A stretch of DNA of 64,000 bases from an uncultured Fibrobacteria bacterium (GCA_963716395.1 OY970309.1:3264001-3328000); one strand, 5' to 3'; shown: positions 9,839-19,823, counted from the first letter of the stretch. The notes: a model not told the origin generated them from the sequence alone. A program made the numbers and translations.

Positions 9839-10165
9839 TCAGCGGTCGGCCTTGCCGCGTTCGTATTTGAGAATGGGATCGCACTTTCCGGGAAACTTGG
9901 CGGTGATTTTCTCCGCGCAACCGGTGGCCGTCAGGCTGGGACAGGTGACGCAGACGTGTTCGAACCACTCTTCGGAAATTCCCGGAGGCGGTTCGCCGGT
10001 GCGGCGCGGGCCGCCGGCTTCCAGATGGTCCAACTTGGACACGATGTTCTTGGCCATGCCCATCAATTGCTGCACGGCCTGGGGCGGAAGCTGCGCGCTG
10101 GCCTGTTGCAAGTAAAATTGCAGCGACTGGGCGATCAAGTCTTTTTCTTCTTCGGAAAGAGCCAT
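9839..10165 (-). CDS. Hypothetical protein with C-x2-C-x7-C-x11-C motif
   Basis: 108 aa, protein-like composition; fills the gap between the kinase-like gene and rnr; four clustered Cys. Confidence 0.75.
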   Translation of the reverse strand: MALSEEEKDLIAQSLQFYLQQASAQLPPQAVQQLMGMAKNIVSKLDHLEAGGPRRTGEPPPGISEEWFEHVCVTCPSLTATGCAEKITAKFPGKCDPILKYERGKADR

Positions 10166-10214
10166 GGGGCAAATATAAATCCCGGCTCAGCGGGCGACCG
10201 GCGAAGCGCTGGCT

Positions 10215-12365
10215 TCAGGTCGGAACCGCAGAGGCCGGACTGCGGGTCAAGGCGGCTTGCAAGGCGGCCGCCAAATCGCCGACTCCGTGAAAACGGGGCA
10301 AGGTCACGGTGTCGACGGGAAGGCCCTGGCGCGGGGCTTTGGCCGGAATTCCTACAAAGACCGCCTTGATTTCCGGGCGCATGGCGCGCAGCACCGACAC
10401 CGTGTCGCGCCCATTGAGCACGGGTAATTCCCAGTCGACCAGGGCGGCGTCAAAGGCGGCTTGTTCGAGCTCGCGCACAGCGCTGGCGCCGTCGGGGCAG
10501 CCCGTCGGCTCGTATCCCAGATGTTGCAGCAAACGCAAGGCGGTTTCGCGCAAGGGGGCATCGGATTGCACCACCAAAATGCGCCCCTTGCCGGCGGCCG
10601 GCGGAGCGGAGGGCGTAGCTTGCAGGGTGGTGGAATCGGCGGCCGGGAAGGAAAGCCGGAAATAGCGGCCTTCGGAAGAGGCGGCTTCAAAGCCGAGGCC
10701 TCCGCATTGTTCGGCCAGTGCGCAAGCCACGGTCCAGCCCAGGGAGGTGGCGGCCGGCTCGACGACCGCGGCGGAATCGCCGCCACGCGCTTCCACGCGC
10801 AGATGCAGCCAGGTGCGCGGCGCTGCCGCATCGGAATCCGCGGCGCGCTCCAATTGCAAAACCAGCACGCCGCCCTGGCGCAACCCGGCGCGCGCATGCA
10901 GGATGAGATTCAGAACGGCCTGCTCCACCTGCACGCGGCTGGCGCGTACCGGCGCGGGCGCGCCGTCGGTGCGCAACAACAACGAAACCCCGGGGCCCAA
11001 CACCTTGCGGCATAACTCCACCGCTTCGCGGGCGGCGTCGCCGAGATCGAAACAGGCCGTGCCGTTCTCCGTCGGTACTTCTCCGGACAGGGCCAGAAGA
11101 CGTTGCAAGGCCGCGGCTGCGCGATCGGCGACCGCGCGCAAGGCGCCGATTTCGGCGCGCGGCGCTTCGCCCGCTTCGGCGCCGAGCGCTTCTTGCGCCA
11201 GCCAGATACGGCCTTGCGCGGCGGTCAGCAGGTTTTGCAATTCCTGCGCGGCGGCGGCCAGGAGCGAAGCCTGCAATTCCCGGCGCTGCGACAGCGACAG
11301 TTTCTGCCGCAATTCTTCGGCATGGGTCACGTCGTCGAGGCGCAAGGCCACTTCTCCGCGATCCGATCCGAACAGGGTGAACAGGCTGGCCCGCAGAAAA
11401 TATTGCTTGCCGTCGCGGCTGCGGTAGGGCCGCAAATCGAATTCCAGGCTGGCGCCCGGATCCATCTGCAGAATGCGGCGCAGGCCGTCGTCGACAAAGG
11501 AAAATTCCGGAAGCAGTTCCCACAGGACCCGGCCCAGGGCCTGGTCTTCGGTCAGGCCGAAAATCTCTTGGGCCTTGCCGTTCCACATGGCCACGGTGCC
11601 GAGCAGATCCATGCCGATAATGGCCGAAGGCATCGATTCGATCAGCGAGGAAAATTGATCGGTGAGATCGCGCACCTGTTCGGCCAATTGGGTTTGCTCG
11701 AGCATCGAGGCGGCGTAGCGGCACATCTCGCGGAACAACTCGCGTTCGAAGCGCGTCCAGGGAGCGAGTTGGCGCACGCGCTGGGCGCAGAACAGCGCAC
11801 GTCCGCCTTTGCCGGTTTCTACGGCGCAGGCCATGGCCGAACGGCAGCTCACGAAGCGCGCCAGCCCGAATTCGGCTTCCAGCGCCGCCTGGAATTCTTC
11901 CCGCAATTCAGTTTCGAAATGCGGTTCCGATTCGATTTTGACGGCATTGGGCCAGGTGCGTGCCACGGGATCGGTGCGGCGCAACGCATCGGCCAGAAAG
12001 CGGTGGTAGTCGTCGCTGGATGCGGGCGCGATCAGGTACGGCAGCGGCAGCCGGTGCACGCCCTGCTCGGCGGCTTCATGCGAGGCCGCGAAGGTCCAGC
12101 CCCCGGAGGCGTTTTCTTCGGCCACCACATAGCTTACGCGATCGGCGCGGAGCTCCAGCAGAAATTCTTCGACCATGACATCCATCACGTCGGCTTCGGA
12201 AAGCTGGCGCGTCAGGCGATCGACGAAGCGCCACAGGCGATCCATGCTCTCGGCGCGCAGCGTATGGGCCAATTCCCGGATCTCCAAACCGGCTTGGCGT
12301 CGCAACACGGGCAGCAGGGCCGCGGATAAGGACGGGTCGGGCTGCGGATCGGGGTCGGAAGGCAT
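10215..12365 (-). CDS. GAF-PAS hybrid histidine-kinase-like protein with receiver domain; predicted pseudokinase
   Basis: GAF-like N-terminus; PAS (LIESMPSAIIGMDLLGTVAMWNGKAQEIFG); HisKA-like AAAAQELQNLL with no His; degenerate HATPase; REC with LVDWELPVLNG. Confidence 0.8.
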   Translation of the reverse strand: MPSDPDPQPDPSLSAALLPVLRRQAGLEIRELAHTLRAESMDRLWRFVDRLTRQLSEADVMDVMVEEFLLELRADRVSYVVAEENASGGWTFAASHEAAEQGVHRLPLPYLIAPASSDDYHRFLADALRRTDPVARTWPNAVKIESEPHFETELREEFQAALEAEFGLARFVSCRSAMACAVETGKGGRALFCAQRVRQLAPWTRFERELFREMCRYAASMLEQTQLAEQVRDLTDQFSSLIESMPSAIIGMDLLGTVAMWNGKAQEIFGLTEDQALGRVLWELLPEFSFVDDGLRRILQMDPGASLEFDLRPYRSRDGKQYFLRASLFTLFGSDRGEVALRLDDVTHAEELRQKLSLSQRRELQASLLAAAAQELQNLLTAAQGRIWLAQEALGAEAGEAPRAEIGALRAVADRAAAALQRLLALSGEVPTENGTACFDLGDAAREAVELCRKVLGPGVSLLLRTDGAPAPVRASRVQVEQAVLNLILHARAGLRQGGVLVLQLERAADSDAAAPRTWLHLRVEARGGDSAAVVEPAATSLGWTVACALAEQCGGLGFEAASSEGRYFRLSFPAADSTTLQATPSAPPAAGKGRILVVQSDAPLRETALRLLQHLGYEPTGCPDGASAVRELEQAAFDAALVDWELPVLNGRDTVSVLRAMRPEIKAVFVGIPAKAPRQGLPVDTVTLPRFHGVGDLAAALQAALTRSPASAVPT

Positions 12366-12471
12366 GCGGGCAAACGTAGCAAAGCCGTTTTGCGCCTTCG
12401 CCTTGAGGCCGCGCGCTGAAAGCCGCGATCAAATTGATTACAATTCTTTTCGGCCCCATTTCCCCTCCACG

Positions 12472-13701
12472 ATGCACATTACCTTATTGACCAATGAGTA
12501 TCCGCCCCACGTGTACGGCGGGGCCGGCGTCCACGTCGAGTACCTGAGCCGTTCCCTGGCCGCTCTTTGGCCCGGCACCCACCGCATCGAGGTGCTGAGT
12601 TTCGGATCCCAGCGTGTTTCCGAAGGTGACCTACAGGTTACGGGAGTCGAACCCGATTTCACCCTGCCCAGTCAGAACGACCGCCATGCCAAACTGATGG
12701 ATACCCTGGCGCGCGATCTGCTCATGGCGGGCCGCGTGTGCGACGCCGAGGTCGTGCATTGCCACACCTGGTACACGCATTTCGCCGGCTGCCTCTTGCA
12801 GAAGCTGCTCGATATTCCCCTGGTGCTCACCACGCATTCGCTGGAGCCGCACCGTCCCTGGAAGGCCGAACAGCTCGGCCGCGCCTACGAGGTCTCCACC
12901 TGGCTCGAACACAACGCCTACCGCGCCGCCGACGGCGTGGTGGCCGTGTCGCAGGCCATGCGGCGCGACGTACGCGATCTCTATGGCGTTCCCGACGACC
13001 GCATTCGTGTCATTCCCAACGGCATCGACACCGACGAATTCCAGCCGCGCCGCCACGCGGAAACGCTGCGGAGCTACGGCGTTGATCCCGATCGACCCCT
13101 GGTCCTGTTCGTGGGACGCATCACCCGGCAAAAAGGCGTGCTGCATCTGTTGCGCGCCGTGCCGCATCTGCCGGCCGGGGTGCAAATCGTGCTGTGCGCC
13201 GGCATGCCCGACACCCGGGATATCGGCGCGGAGATGGAAGAGCGCGTGCGTGCTTTGCAGGCGCAGGGCAAGCATTCCGTCCATTGGATTCGCAAAATGC
13301 TGCCGCGCGCGGATCTCATCGCCTTTTACTCGCAGGCCACCCTCTTCGTTTGTCCTTCGGTCTACGAACCCTTCGGCATCATCAACCTCGAAGCCATGGC
13401 CTGCGGTGTGCCGGTGGTGGCCTCGAAGGTGGGCGGTATTCCCGAAGTGGTCGTCGACGGCGCCACCGGAATTCTGGTCGACGTCGACCCCGTGGGCGGG
13501 GAGAATTTTGAACCCCGGGATCCCGAGGCCTTTGCGCGCCGGCTGGCAGCGGCGGCGACGGAACTGCTGCAAAATCCCGATCGCGCCCGCGCCTTCGGCG
13601 GGGCGGCGCGGCAGCGGGTCGAAGCGCGATTTTCTTGGGAACACGTGGCGGCCGAAACCCTTTCCTTTTACCAAGAACTGAGAGCGCGACATGCCGACTA
13701 A
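12472..13701 (+). CDS. glgA: GT4 glycogen synthase, actinobacterial GlgA/GlgM type (alpha-maltose-1-phosphate synthase)
   Basis: [65 protein letters not shown]; overlaps glgE. Confidence 0.9.
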   Translation: MHITLLTNEYPPHVYGGAGVHVEYLSRSLAALWPGTHRIEVLSFGSQRVSEGDLQVTGVEPDFTLPSQNDRHAKLMDTLARDLLMAGRVCDAEVVHCHTWYTHFAGCLLQKLLDIPLVLTTHSLEPHRPWKAEQLGRAYEVSTWLEHNAYRAADGVVAVSQAMRRDVRDLYGVPDDRIRVIPNGIDTDEFQPRRHAETLRSYGVDPDRPLVLFVGRITRQKGVLHLLRAVPHLPAGVQIVLCAGMPDTRDIGAEMEERVRALQAQGKHSVHWIRKMLPRADLIAFYSQATLFVCPSVYEPFGIINLEAMACGVPVVASKVGGIPEVVVDGATGILVDVDPVGGENFEPRDPEAFARRLAAAATELLQNPDRARAFGGAARQRVEARFSWEHVAAETLSFYQELRARHAD

Positions 13702-15475
13702 AAAATCCCGCCCGGCCCCCAAGCCCGAGCCCGACGCCTTCGCCGCCATTCCCACCTTCCATGCCGTGGTGGAAAACCTCGCCCCCGCGGTGGACGGCGG
13801 CCGCTTTCCCGTCAAGGCCGTAGCCGGAGAAACCCTCGAAGTCACAGCCGATATCTTTCGTGACGGACATGAAAAATGCGTCGCGGATCTGCTCTACCGC
13901 CGCCGCGGCGCCAAGGATTGGAAACGCGCGCCCATGCGCTTCGTCGACAACGACGCCTGGGCCGGATCGTTCCCGGTGGACGCCTTGGGCGAATGGGAGT
14001 TCACCGTCGAAGCACGCACGGCCCGACGCCCCGGCGACGAACCCTATGTCGCCTTCGAAAAGCCCTACCGGCACCCCGAATGCGGCCGGGTGCGGGTCGA
14101 TTCCCCGGTGACGGAATACAGCGCGTGGTACGAAATGTTCGCGCGCTCGCAAGGCACGGTGCCGGGGCGCAGCGCGACCTTCGCCGACATGGAGCGGCGC
14201 CTGCCCGAAATCCGCGATTTGGGATTCGACGTCATTTACCTGCCGCCCATCCACCCCATCGGCATGACCAAGCGCAAGGGCAAAAACAACGCCGTCAAGG
14301 CCCAGCCCGGCGAACCCGGCAGCCCTTATGCCATCGGCAGCCGCCAGGGCGGACACAAGGCCGTGCATCCCGAACTCGGCACCGTGGCCGAATGCCGCCG
14401 CTTCTTTCAAAGCTGCCGCAAGCTGGGATTCGCCGTGGCGCTGGATTACGCCCTCAATTGCTCGCCCGATCACCCTTATGCGCGCCAGCATCCCGACTGG
14501 TTCTACCGCGAAGCCGACGGCACCATCCGCTGCGCCGAAAATCCGCCCAAGCGCTACGAAGACATCTATCCGCTTAATCTTTTCTGCGCCGATCGGGCCG
14601 GCCTCTGGCGCGAACTCAAATCGATACTCGACTTCTGGATCAAGATGGGCGTCACGATTTTTCGGGTCGACAATCCCCACACCAAACCCTTCGCGTTCTG
14701 GCAATGGCTGATCGCCGAGGTCAAAGCCGCCCGGCCCGACGTGGTGTTCCTGGCCGAAGCGTTCACCCGGCCCAAGGTCATGCAACGACTGGCCAAAATC
14801 GGCTTCGACATGTCGTACACCTATTTCACCTGGCGGGTCACCGCGGCCGAGTTGCGCGCCTACGGCGAGGAATTGTGCCAACAGGAACCATCCCGCTTCA
14901 TGAAGCCGATATTCTTTCCCACCACGCCCGACATTCTGCCCCTGCATTTGCAGAACGCGCCGCCCGCCGCCTTCGAAATCCGCTTCGCGCTGGCCTGCAC
15001 CATGGTCGGGGCCTACGGCATGTACAACGGCTACGAATTGTGCGAAAACGTTCCCATGGAGGGCAAAGAGGAGTTCCTGAACTCGGAGAAATACGAGTAC
15101 AAGGTCTGGGATTGGAACCGGCCTGGGAATATCAAAGACTTCATCCGCTTTCTGAATCGCCTCCGTCGCGAACATCCGGCCCTGCAACATTTGAAAAACA
15201 TCGCTTTCCACGCTTGCGATAATCCGAACATCCTGGCCTACTCCAAGGCCCAGGACGAAGATGTGTTGCTCTTCGTTGTCAACCTCGACCCCCTGCACCG
15301 CCAAAGCGGTTTCGTGCAATTGAACCGCCATCCCCTCCGGGTGGCGTTCGAAAGCATCTACGGGGTGCATGATTTGGTTTCGGGCGAAAGCTACGCCTGG
15401 TCGGGAGATCGCAATTATGTCGATCTGCATCCCGACAAGGCGGTCTTGCACATTTTCAAAGTGGAACGTTTCTGA
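13691..15475 (+). CDS. glgE: Alpha-1,4-glucan:maltose-1-phosphate maltosyltransferase GlgE (GH13_3)
   Basis: WYEMFARS, YLPPIHPIG, GSPYAIG, CSPDHP, ENPPKRYEDIYP, FRVDNPHTKP, FLAEAFTRP, TPDIL. Confidence 0.95.
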   Translation: MPTKKSRPAPKPEPDAFAAIPTFHAVVENLAPAVDGGRFPVKAVAGETLEVTADIFRDGHEKCVADLLYRRRGAKDWKRAPMRFVDNDAWAGSFPVDALGEWEFTVEARTARRPGDEPYVAFEKPYRHPECGRVRVDSPVTEYSAWYEMFARSQGTVPGRSATFADMERRLPEIRDLGFDVIYLPPIHPIGMTKRKGKNNAVKAQPGEPGSPYAIGSRQGGHKAVHPELGTVAECRRFFQSCRKLGFAVALDYALNCSPDHPYARQHPDWFYREADGTIRCAENPPKRYEDIYPLNLFCADRAGLWRELKSILDFWIKMGVTIFRVDNPHTKPFAFWQWLIAEVKAARPDVVFLAEAFTRPKVMQRLAKIGFDMSYTYFTWRVTAAELRAYGEELCQQEPSRFMKPIFFPTTPDILPLHLQNAPPAAFEIRFALACTMVGAYGMYNGYELCENVPMEGKEEFLNSEKYEYKVWDWNRPGNIKDFIRFLNRLRREHPALQHLKNIAFHACDNPNILAYSKAQDEDVLLFVVNLDPLHRQSGFVQLNRHPLRVAFESIYGVHDLVSGESYAWSGDRNYVDLHPDKAVLHIFKVERF

Positions 15476-15612
15476 TTCACGCCGGCGGGTCTGGCCGCCG
15501 GCAGCGCCGTAATTCCGGCCTCGGGGCCGGCGTGACGCCGATCCCACATCGATTCCCCACCACCTGCCCCGCGCGGGTGTTCATATATTAGAGCCAAAGA
15601 AGGGGGCAACCC

Positions 15613-15903
15613 ATGCCGGCGCGCGAAATGAAGGTTGATTGTCCCTGTTGCAAGGCCAAACTCGTGATCGATCCCGACAGCGGCGGAGTGCTTCAGGCCG
15701 TGCCGCACAAAGAGGCGCCCCCGAGTTTGCAGGACTTTCTGAAATCCGACAAGCGACGCGCCCAGGATTTGGAGGAGAAGTTCTCGGAGTCGCGGCGCCA
15801 GGAAGATTCGCGTCTCGATTTATTGAACAAGAAATTCGAATGGGCCAAAAAAAACAAAGACAAGCTGCCCGAGGCTCCGCGGCCCGGCATCCAATGGGAT
15901 TGA
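15613..15903 (+). CDS. Small hypothetical protein with N-terminal CPCC and charged coiled coil
   Basis: 96 aa; purine-rich RBS; VDCPCCKAKLVID followed by a helical charged region. Confidence 0.7.
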   Translation: MPAREMKVDCPCCKAKLVIDPDSGGVLQAVPHKEAPPSLQDFLKSDKRRAQDLEEKFSESRRQEDSRLDLLNKKFEWAKKNKDKLPEAPRPGIQWD

Positions 15904-15951
15904 CACGGGACCTTCGCTCCCGGAGTTCACGCCAAGAATCGGATTCTCGCC

Positions 15952-18219
15952 ATGTCGGATATTACCACGGCTTTCGAAATCATCCGCACCGTGACGCGCG
16001 CCATGCTGGAGTCGCGCGCCACCCAGCCGGCACTCGACGCCATCGTGCGTTCGATCTCGGAAAAGATGCACGTGGAGGTGTGTTCGATTTATCTGCACGA
16101 TCCGGAAACCGATACCTTGCATTTGGCCGCCAGCCACGGCCTGAGTCCCGAAGCCGTGCCCGCGGGCGTAACCCTGCGCGCCGACGAAGGCTTGACCGGA
16201 TCGGTGTACTCCGGCGGCGAAGTGATCAATATCGCGAATCCCCACCAGGATCCGCGCTATAAGTTTTTTCCCGATTTGGGGGAAGACCGCCTCAATAATT
16301 TCCTGGGACTTCCCATTCCGCCGGGCAAGACGCACGGGCGGGGCGTGCTCATTCTGCAATCCACCCAATCCCATCCCTTCAATCCCACCACGGAGGACTT
16401 GGCTTTTACCCTGGCGGCGCAGGTGGGCACCTTGCTCGATACCCAGGGCGTGCCCGCGGGCGAGGCCGCTCCCGCCGCGGCCGCGCCGCCTTTTCTCCGC
16501 GCCCAGGTGGCGTTCGGCGGCATCGCCGACGGACCGGTGCACCTGCTGCCCACCCAACAGGTGTGGGAAAACATTCTGTTCAGCGAATGCGAAAACGTGG
16601 CCGAGGAATTGAAGATGCTCGAAGAAGCGGTGGCGTTGGCGCGCGGTGAAACGCGCTGGCTCCGGCGCCGGGCCGCCGAAATTTTCGCCGAGATGGATGC
16701 GCGCATCTTCGACGCCCATGATCTGTATTTGCAGGACGAGCATTACCTGGGCCTGATCGAAAGCCATATCCGCGAAAAAAAATCCGCGGCGTTCGCGGTC
16801 AAGCTGGCCACGCGCGAATTGAGCCGCAGCTTTCTCGACTCGGGGAATACCCATTTGATCGAGCGGGCGGCCGACGTGCGCGACGTGGGTTTGCGTTTGC
16901 TCAACTCCCTGGGCGAAGCCCGCGAACATTACCAGCCCCAACCCGAAACCGACTCGGGCGTCATCGTGGCGGCGCATGAGCTGCTGCCTTCGGACCTGGT
17001 GTATCTGCAATCCCGCAAGTTGCTGGGCATTCTGTGTGAAACCGGCGGCAGCACTTCGCATGCGGCCATTCTGGCCCGATCGCTGGACATCCCCTGCTTC
17101 ATGGGAATTCCGGGTCTGACCCAGCTCGTGCATCCGGGCACGCGCGTCATCATGGACGGCCACTCCGGCCTGATTTACCTCCACCCCGACGAGCACGTGG
17201 CGCGCGAATACCAGCGCCTGCAGGCGTCGTTTCAGACGCGGCGCGTGGTGCCGCCGCCGGCCGAAGACCGCACCGCCGACGGGAGCGCCGTGCAGCTTTC
17301 GGGAAACATCTCGCTGCTTTCGGATTTGCAGCTCATGAAGCGCTACGGTATCAAAGGCGTGGGGCTGTACCGCTCGGAGTTCTTCTTCATGATCCGCAAT
17401 TCCTTTCCCGACGAAGAAGTGCAATACGGCGTCTACAAGCAGGTGATGGAACGGGCCGGGGATTTCGGGGTCACCTTTCGCCTGCTCGATGTGGGCGGCG
17501 ACAAGCCGCTGAAATACTTCGACTGGGGCAAAGAGGAAAATCCCAATCTGGGCTGGCGATCCATCCGCATGCTGCTGGAACGCCCCGACATTCTGCGCCC
17601 GCACCTGCGGGCCCTGCTGCGGGCCGCACAATTAGGGCAAATGCGTTTGGTCATTCCCATGGTTTCGACCTTGGGCGAAGTGCGCGCCATCAAGGAGCAC
17701 CTGCAAACCGCGCGGGTGGAGTTAGAAGCCGAGCACGGCGTCAAGCTGCGTCTGCCGCCGGTGGGCATCATGGTGGAAATTCCCTCCACCGTGCTGCAAA
17801 TCGAAGGCTTTCTGTACGAATCGGATTTCATCTGCCTGGGCACCAATGATTTGATCCAATACCTATTCGCCATCGACCGCGGCAACGAACGCGTGGCCGC
17901 CTACCACCACCCCTTCCATCCTGCCCTGCTGCAAGCGCTCAAGCACGTGTCCGATGCGGCCAAGAACGCCGGCAAACCCGTGACCGTCTGCGGAGAAATG
18001 GCGTCCGACGCGCGGGCGCTGACCTTGTTGCTGGGCCTGGGCCTGACTTCGCTCAGCATTGCGCCGGGAGCGGCCGACGGTGTGCGGGCCACCCTGGCGC
18101 AGGTCAATATGGGCGAATGCCGGCGTTTGGTGCGGCGGGTGTTGACCATGGCCACCGAAGAGGACGTGCGCGCCGAAGTCGAGGCTTTTTTGCCGGAGCC
18201 GGCCGCGCGCCAAGGCTAA
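15952..18219 (+). CDS. ptsP: Phosphoenolpyruvate-protein phosphotransferase with N-terminal GAF domain (EI-Ntr)
   Basis: GAF domain (EVCSIYL...EGLTG), phospho-His motif GGSTSHAAILARS, GLYRSEF, EENPNLGWRSIR, GTNDLIQY, VCGEMA. Confidence 0.95.
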   Translation: MSDITTAFEIIRTVTRAMLESRATQPALDAIVRSISEKMHVEVCSIYLHDPETDTLHLAASHGLSPEAVPAGVTLRADEGLTGSVYSGGEVINIANPHQDPRYKFFPDLGEDRLNNFLGLPIPPGKTHGRGVLILQSTQSHPFNPTTEDLAFTLAAQVGTLLDTQGVPAGEAAPAAAAPPFLRAQVAFGGIADGPVHLLPTQQVWENILFSECENVAEELKMLEEAVALARGETRWLRRRAAEIFAEMDARIFDAHDLYLQDEHYLGLIESHIREKKSAAFAVKLATRELSRSFLDSGNTHLIERAADVRDVGLRLLNSLGEAREHYQPQPETDSGVIVAAHELLPSDLVYLQSRKLLGILCETGGSTSHAAILARSLDIPCFMGIPGLTQLVHPGTRVIMDGHSGLIYLHPDEHVAREYQRLQASFQTRRVVPPPAEDRTADGSAVQLSGNISLLSDLQLMKRYGIKGVGLYRSEFFFMIRNSFPDEEVQYGVYKQVMERAGDFGVTFRLLDVGGDKPLKYFDWGKEENPNLGWRSIRMLLERPDILRPHLRALLRAAQLGQMRLVIPMVSTLGEVRAIKEHLQTARVELEAEHGVKLRLPPVGIMVEIPSTVLQIEGFLYESDFICLGTNDLIQYLFAIDRGNERVAAYHHPFHPALLQALKHVSDAAKNAGKPVTVCGEMASDARALTLLLGLGLTSLSIAPGAADGVRATLAQVNMGECRRLVRRVLTMATEEDVRAEVEAFLPEPAARQG

Positions 18220-18265
18220 ATAGCGAATCGAGTACGGTCGACCGGGCGCGATCGCGGAACGCGAT

Positions 18266-19681
18266 TCAGGCCTTGGTCAGATTGCCCAGAATGGCGTCGA
18301 CGCTTTTGCGAAAGCTGTCGTCGCGCTCCATGGCTTTTTCAATCGTCTTGATGGCGTGTACCACGGTGCTGTGGTCGCGGCCGCCGAAGCGCTGCCCGAT
18401 GGACTTGAGCGAGGCCGAGGTCAGCTCCTTCACCAGGAACATGGCCAGTTGCCGGGCCTGCGCCACCTCTTTGGTGCCGCGCCCCTGCTCGATGATTTTG
18501 TCGACTTCGACCACGAAATAATCGGCCACGCCCGAGGTGATGTCTTCGGGGGTGATGCGCCGCGGCGGGCGCTGGGCTCCGGTGCGGAGCACGATTTCGC
18601 GCGCGAGTTCGATGGTGATGTCGCTGTGCTTGATCGAGGCTTGTAAAAGCAATTGGCGGATGGCGCCTTCGAGGATGCGGATGTTGGAGTCGATGGCTTC
18701 GGCCAGATACGAGATGATTTCTTCGGAGATGTCGAGGTTGAGCGCCTGGGCCTTGCGCCGCAAGATGGCTTCGCGCGTTTCCCGATCGGGCGGCTGAATG
18801 TCGACGAACAACCCCCATTGAAAGCGGCTGACCAGACGGTCTTCCAAGCCTTTGAGGCCGCCCGGCGGCGCGTCGCTGGTGAGCACGATTTGCTTGCGGC
18901 TTTGATGCAGCGAGTTGAAGATGTGAAAGAATTCCTCCTGCGTGCGATCCTTGCCGCTCATGAATTGCACGTCGTCCATCAGCAGCACGTCGACCTCATG
19001 GCGGTAGAAGGCCGACATTTCGTTGATGCGGTTGTGCTGGATCGATTCCACGAACTCACGATAAAAGGCTTCGGAGGTCACATACCGCACCTTCTTGCCC
19101 GGCGTTTCCCGCATGGCGTGGTTGCCGATGGCCTGCAACAGATGCGTTTTGCCCAGCCCCACCCCGCCATAGATGAGCAGGGGGTTGAATTTCGTGCCGC
19201 CCGGATCCTTGGCCACGGCCAGGGCCGCCGAATGCGCAAATTGCGAGTTGTTGCCCACCACGAATTCCTCGAAGCTGTAGGCGGGATTGAGATCGATGGA
19301 AGGCAGGCTGCTGAACGGCACGGCCGGGCCGTGGTTGTAAAGCGACGACATGGTGGGCTGCCGGCGGAATTGCGCCCGCAGATGGCGGCCCGTGGCTTCG
19401 TAAAAGCAATGTTCGATCAAACCGGCATAGGCGCGGGTCAGATGATCCTGATCCAAGTGGGTCGGAACCGCGAGGGTGAAATGCGCATCGCCGACTTCTT
19501 GGATTTTAAGCGGCAAAAACCATTGATTGAAAACCTCTTCGGAAAGCTTTTCGCGCAGGCAACCCAAACAAGCCGCCCAGGTTCCCACCCAACTCGTCGG
19601 CGCGGCATTTGCTCCCGATGGCAGGGTGCGCCACCGAGGGGGCAGTTCGGCTTCCAAATTTTTCGGATCTTCGTGCGTCAA
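18266..19681 (-). CDS. dnaA: Chromosomal replication initiator DnaA
   Basis: FNPLLIYGGVGLGKTHLL, LLMDDVQF, TQEEFFHIFN, RLVSRFQWGL, NIRILEGA and domain IV IGQRFGGRDHSTVVHA. Confidence 0.97.
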   Translation of the reverse strand: MTHEDPKNLEAELPPRWRTLPSGANAAPTSWVGTWAACLGCLREKLSEEVFNQWFLPLKIQEVGDAHFTLAVPTHLDQDHLTRAYAGLIEHCFYEATGRHLRAQFRRQPTMSSLYNHGPAVPFSSLPSIDLNPAYSFEEFVVGNNSQFAHSAALAVAKDPGGTKFNPLLIYGGVGLGKTHLLQAIGNHAMRETPGKKVRYVTSEAFYREFVESIQHNRINEMSAFYRHEVDVLLMDDVQFMSGKDRTQEEFFHIFNSLHQSRKQIVLTSDAPPGGLKGLEDRLVSRFQWGLFVDIQPPDRETREAILRRKAQALNLDISEEIISYLAEAIDSNIRILEGAIRQLLLQASIKHSDITIELAREIVLRTGAQRPPRRITPEDITSGVADYFVVEVDKIIEQGRGTKEVAQARQLAMFLVKELTSASLKSIGQRFGGRDHSTVVHAIKTIEKAMERDDSFRKSVDAILGNLTKA

Positions 19682-19784
19682 GCCTGAACCCGCCCGTTGT
19701 TTTCCAGTCGAGGTTGGAATGATACTTATTTGGAAAGGTCGGAGGACCTGGAAAATCCGCAGCGATCGCTGGCGATGTTTGGTG

Positions 19785-19823
19785 TTTTTACCGCGCGCTG
19801 CTCCGCCGAGCAGCGCGTAAAAA
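19785..19823. promoter_or_regulatory. Inverted repeat in the divergent dnaA intergenic region
   Basis: CGCGCTGCTC-CGCC-GAGCAGCGCG, a perfect 10-bp stem at 19794-19817, flanked by complementary TTTTTA and TAAAAA. Confidence 0.4.

Noticed and set aside
13382-17631. Long antisense ORFs (13382-15547, 15820-17631), and similar ones such as 43684-45309, 50704-52365 and 56204-57979
   Set aside because: They lie opposite well-supported genes and lack motifs; these are shadow ORFs expected from high GC3 codon bias.
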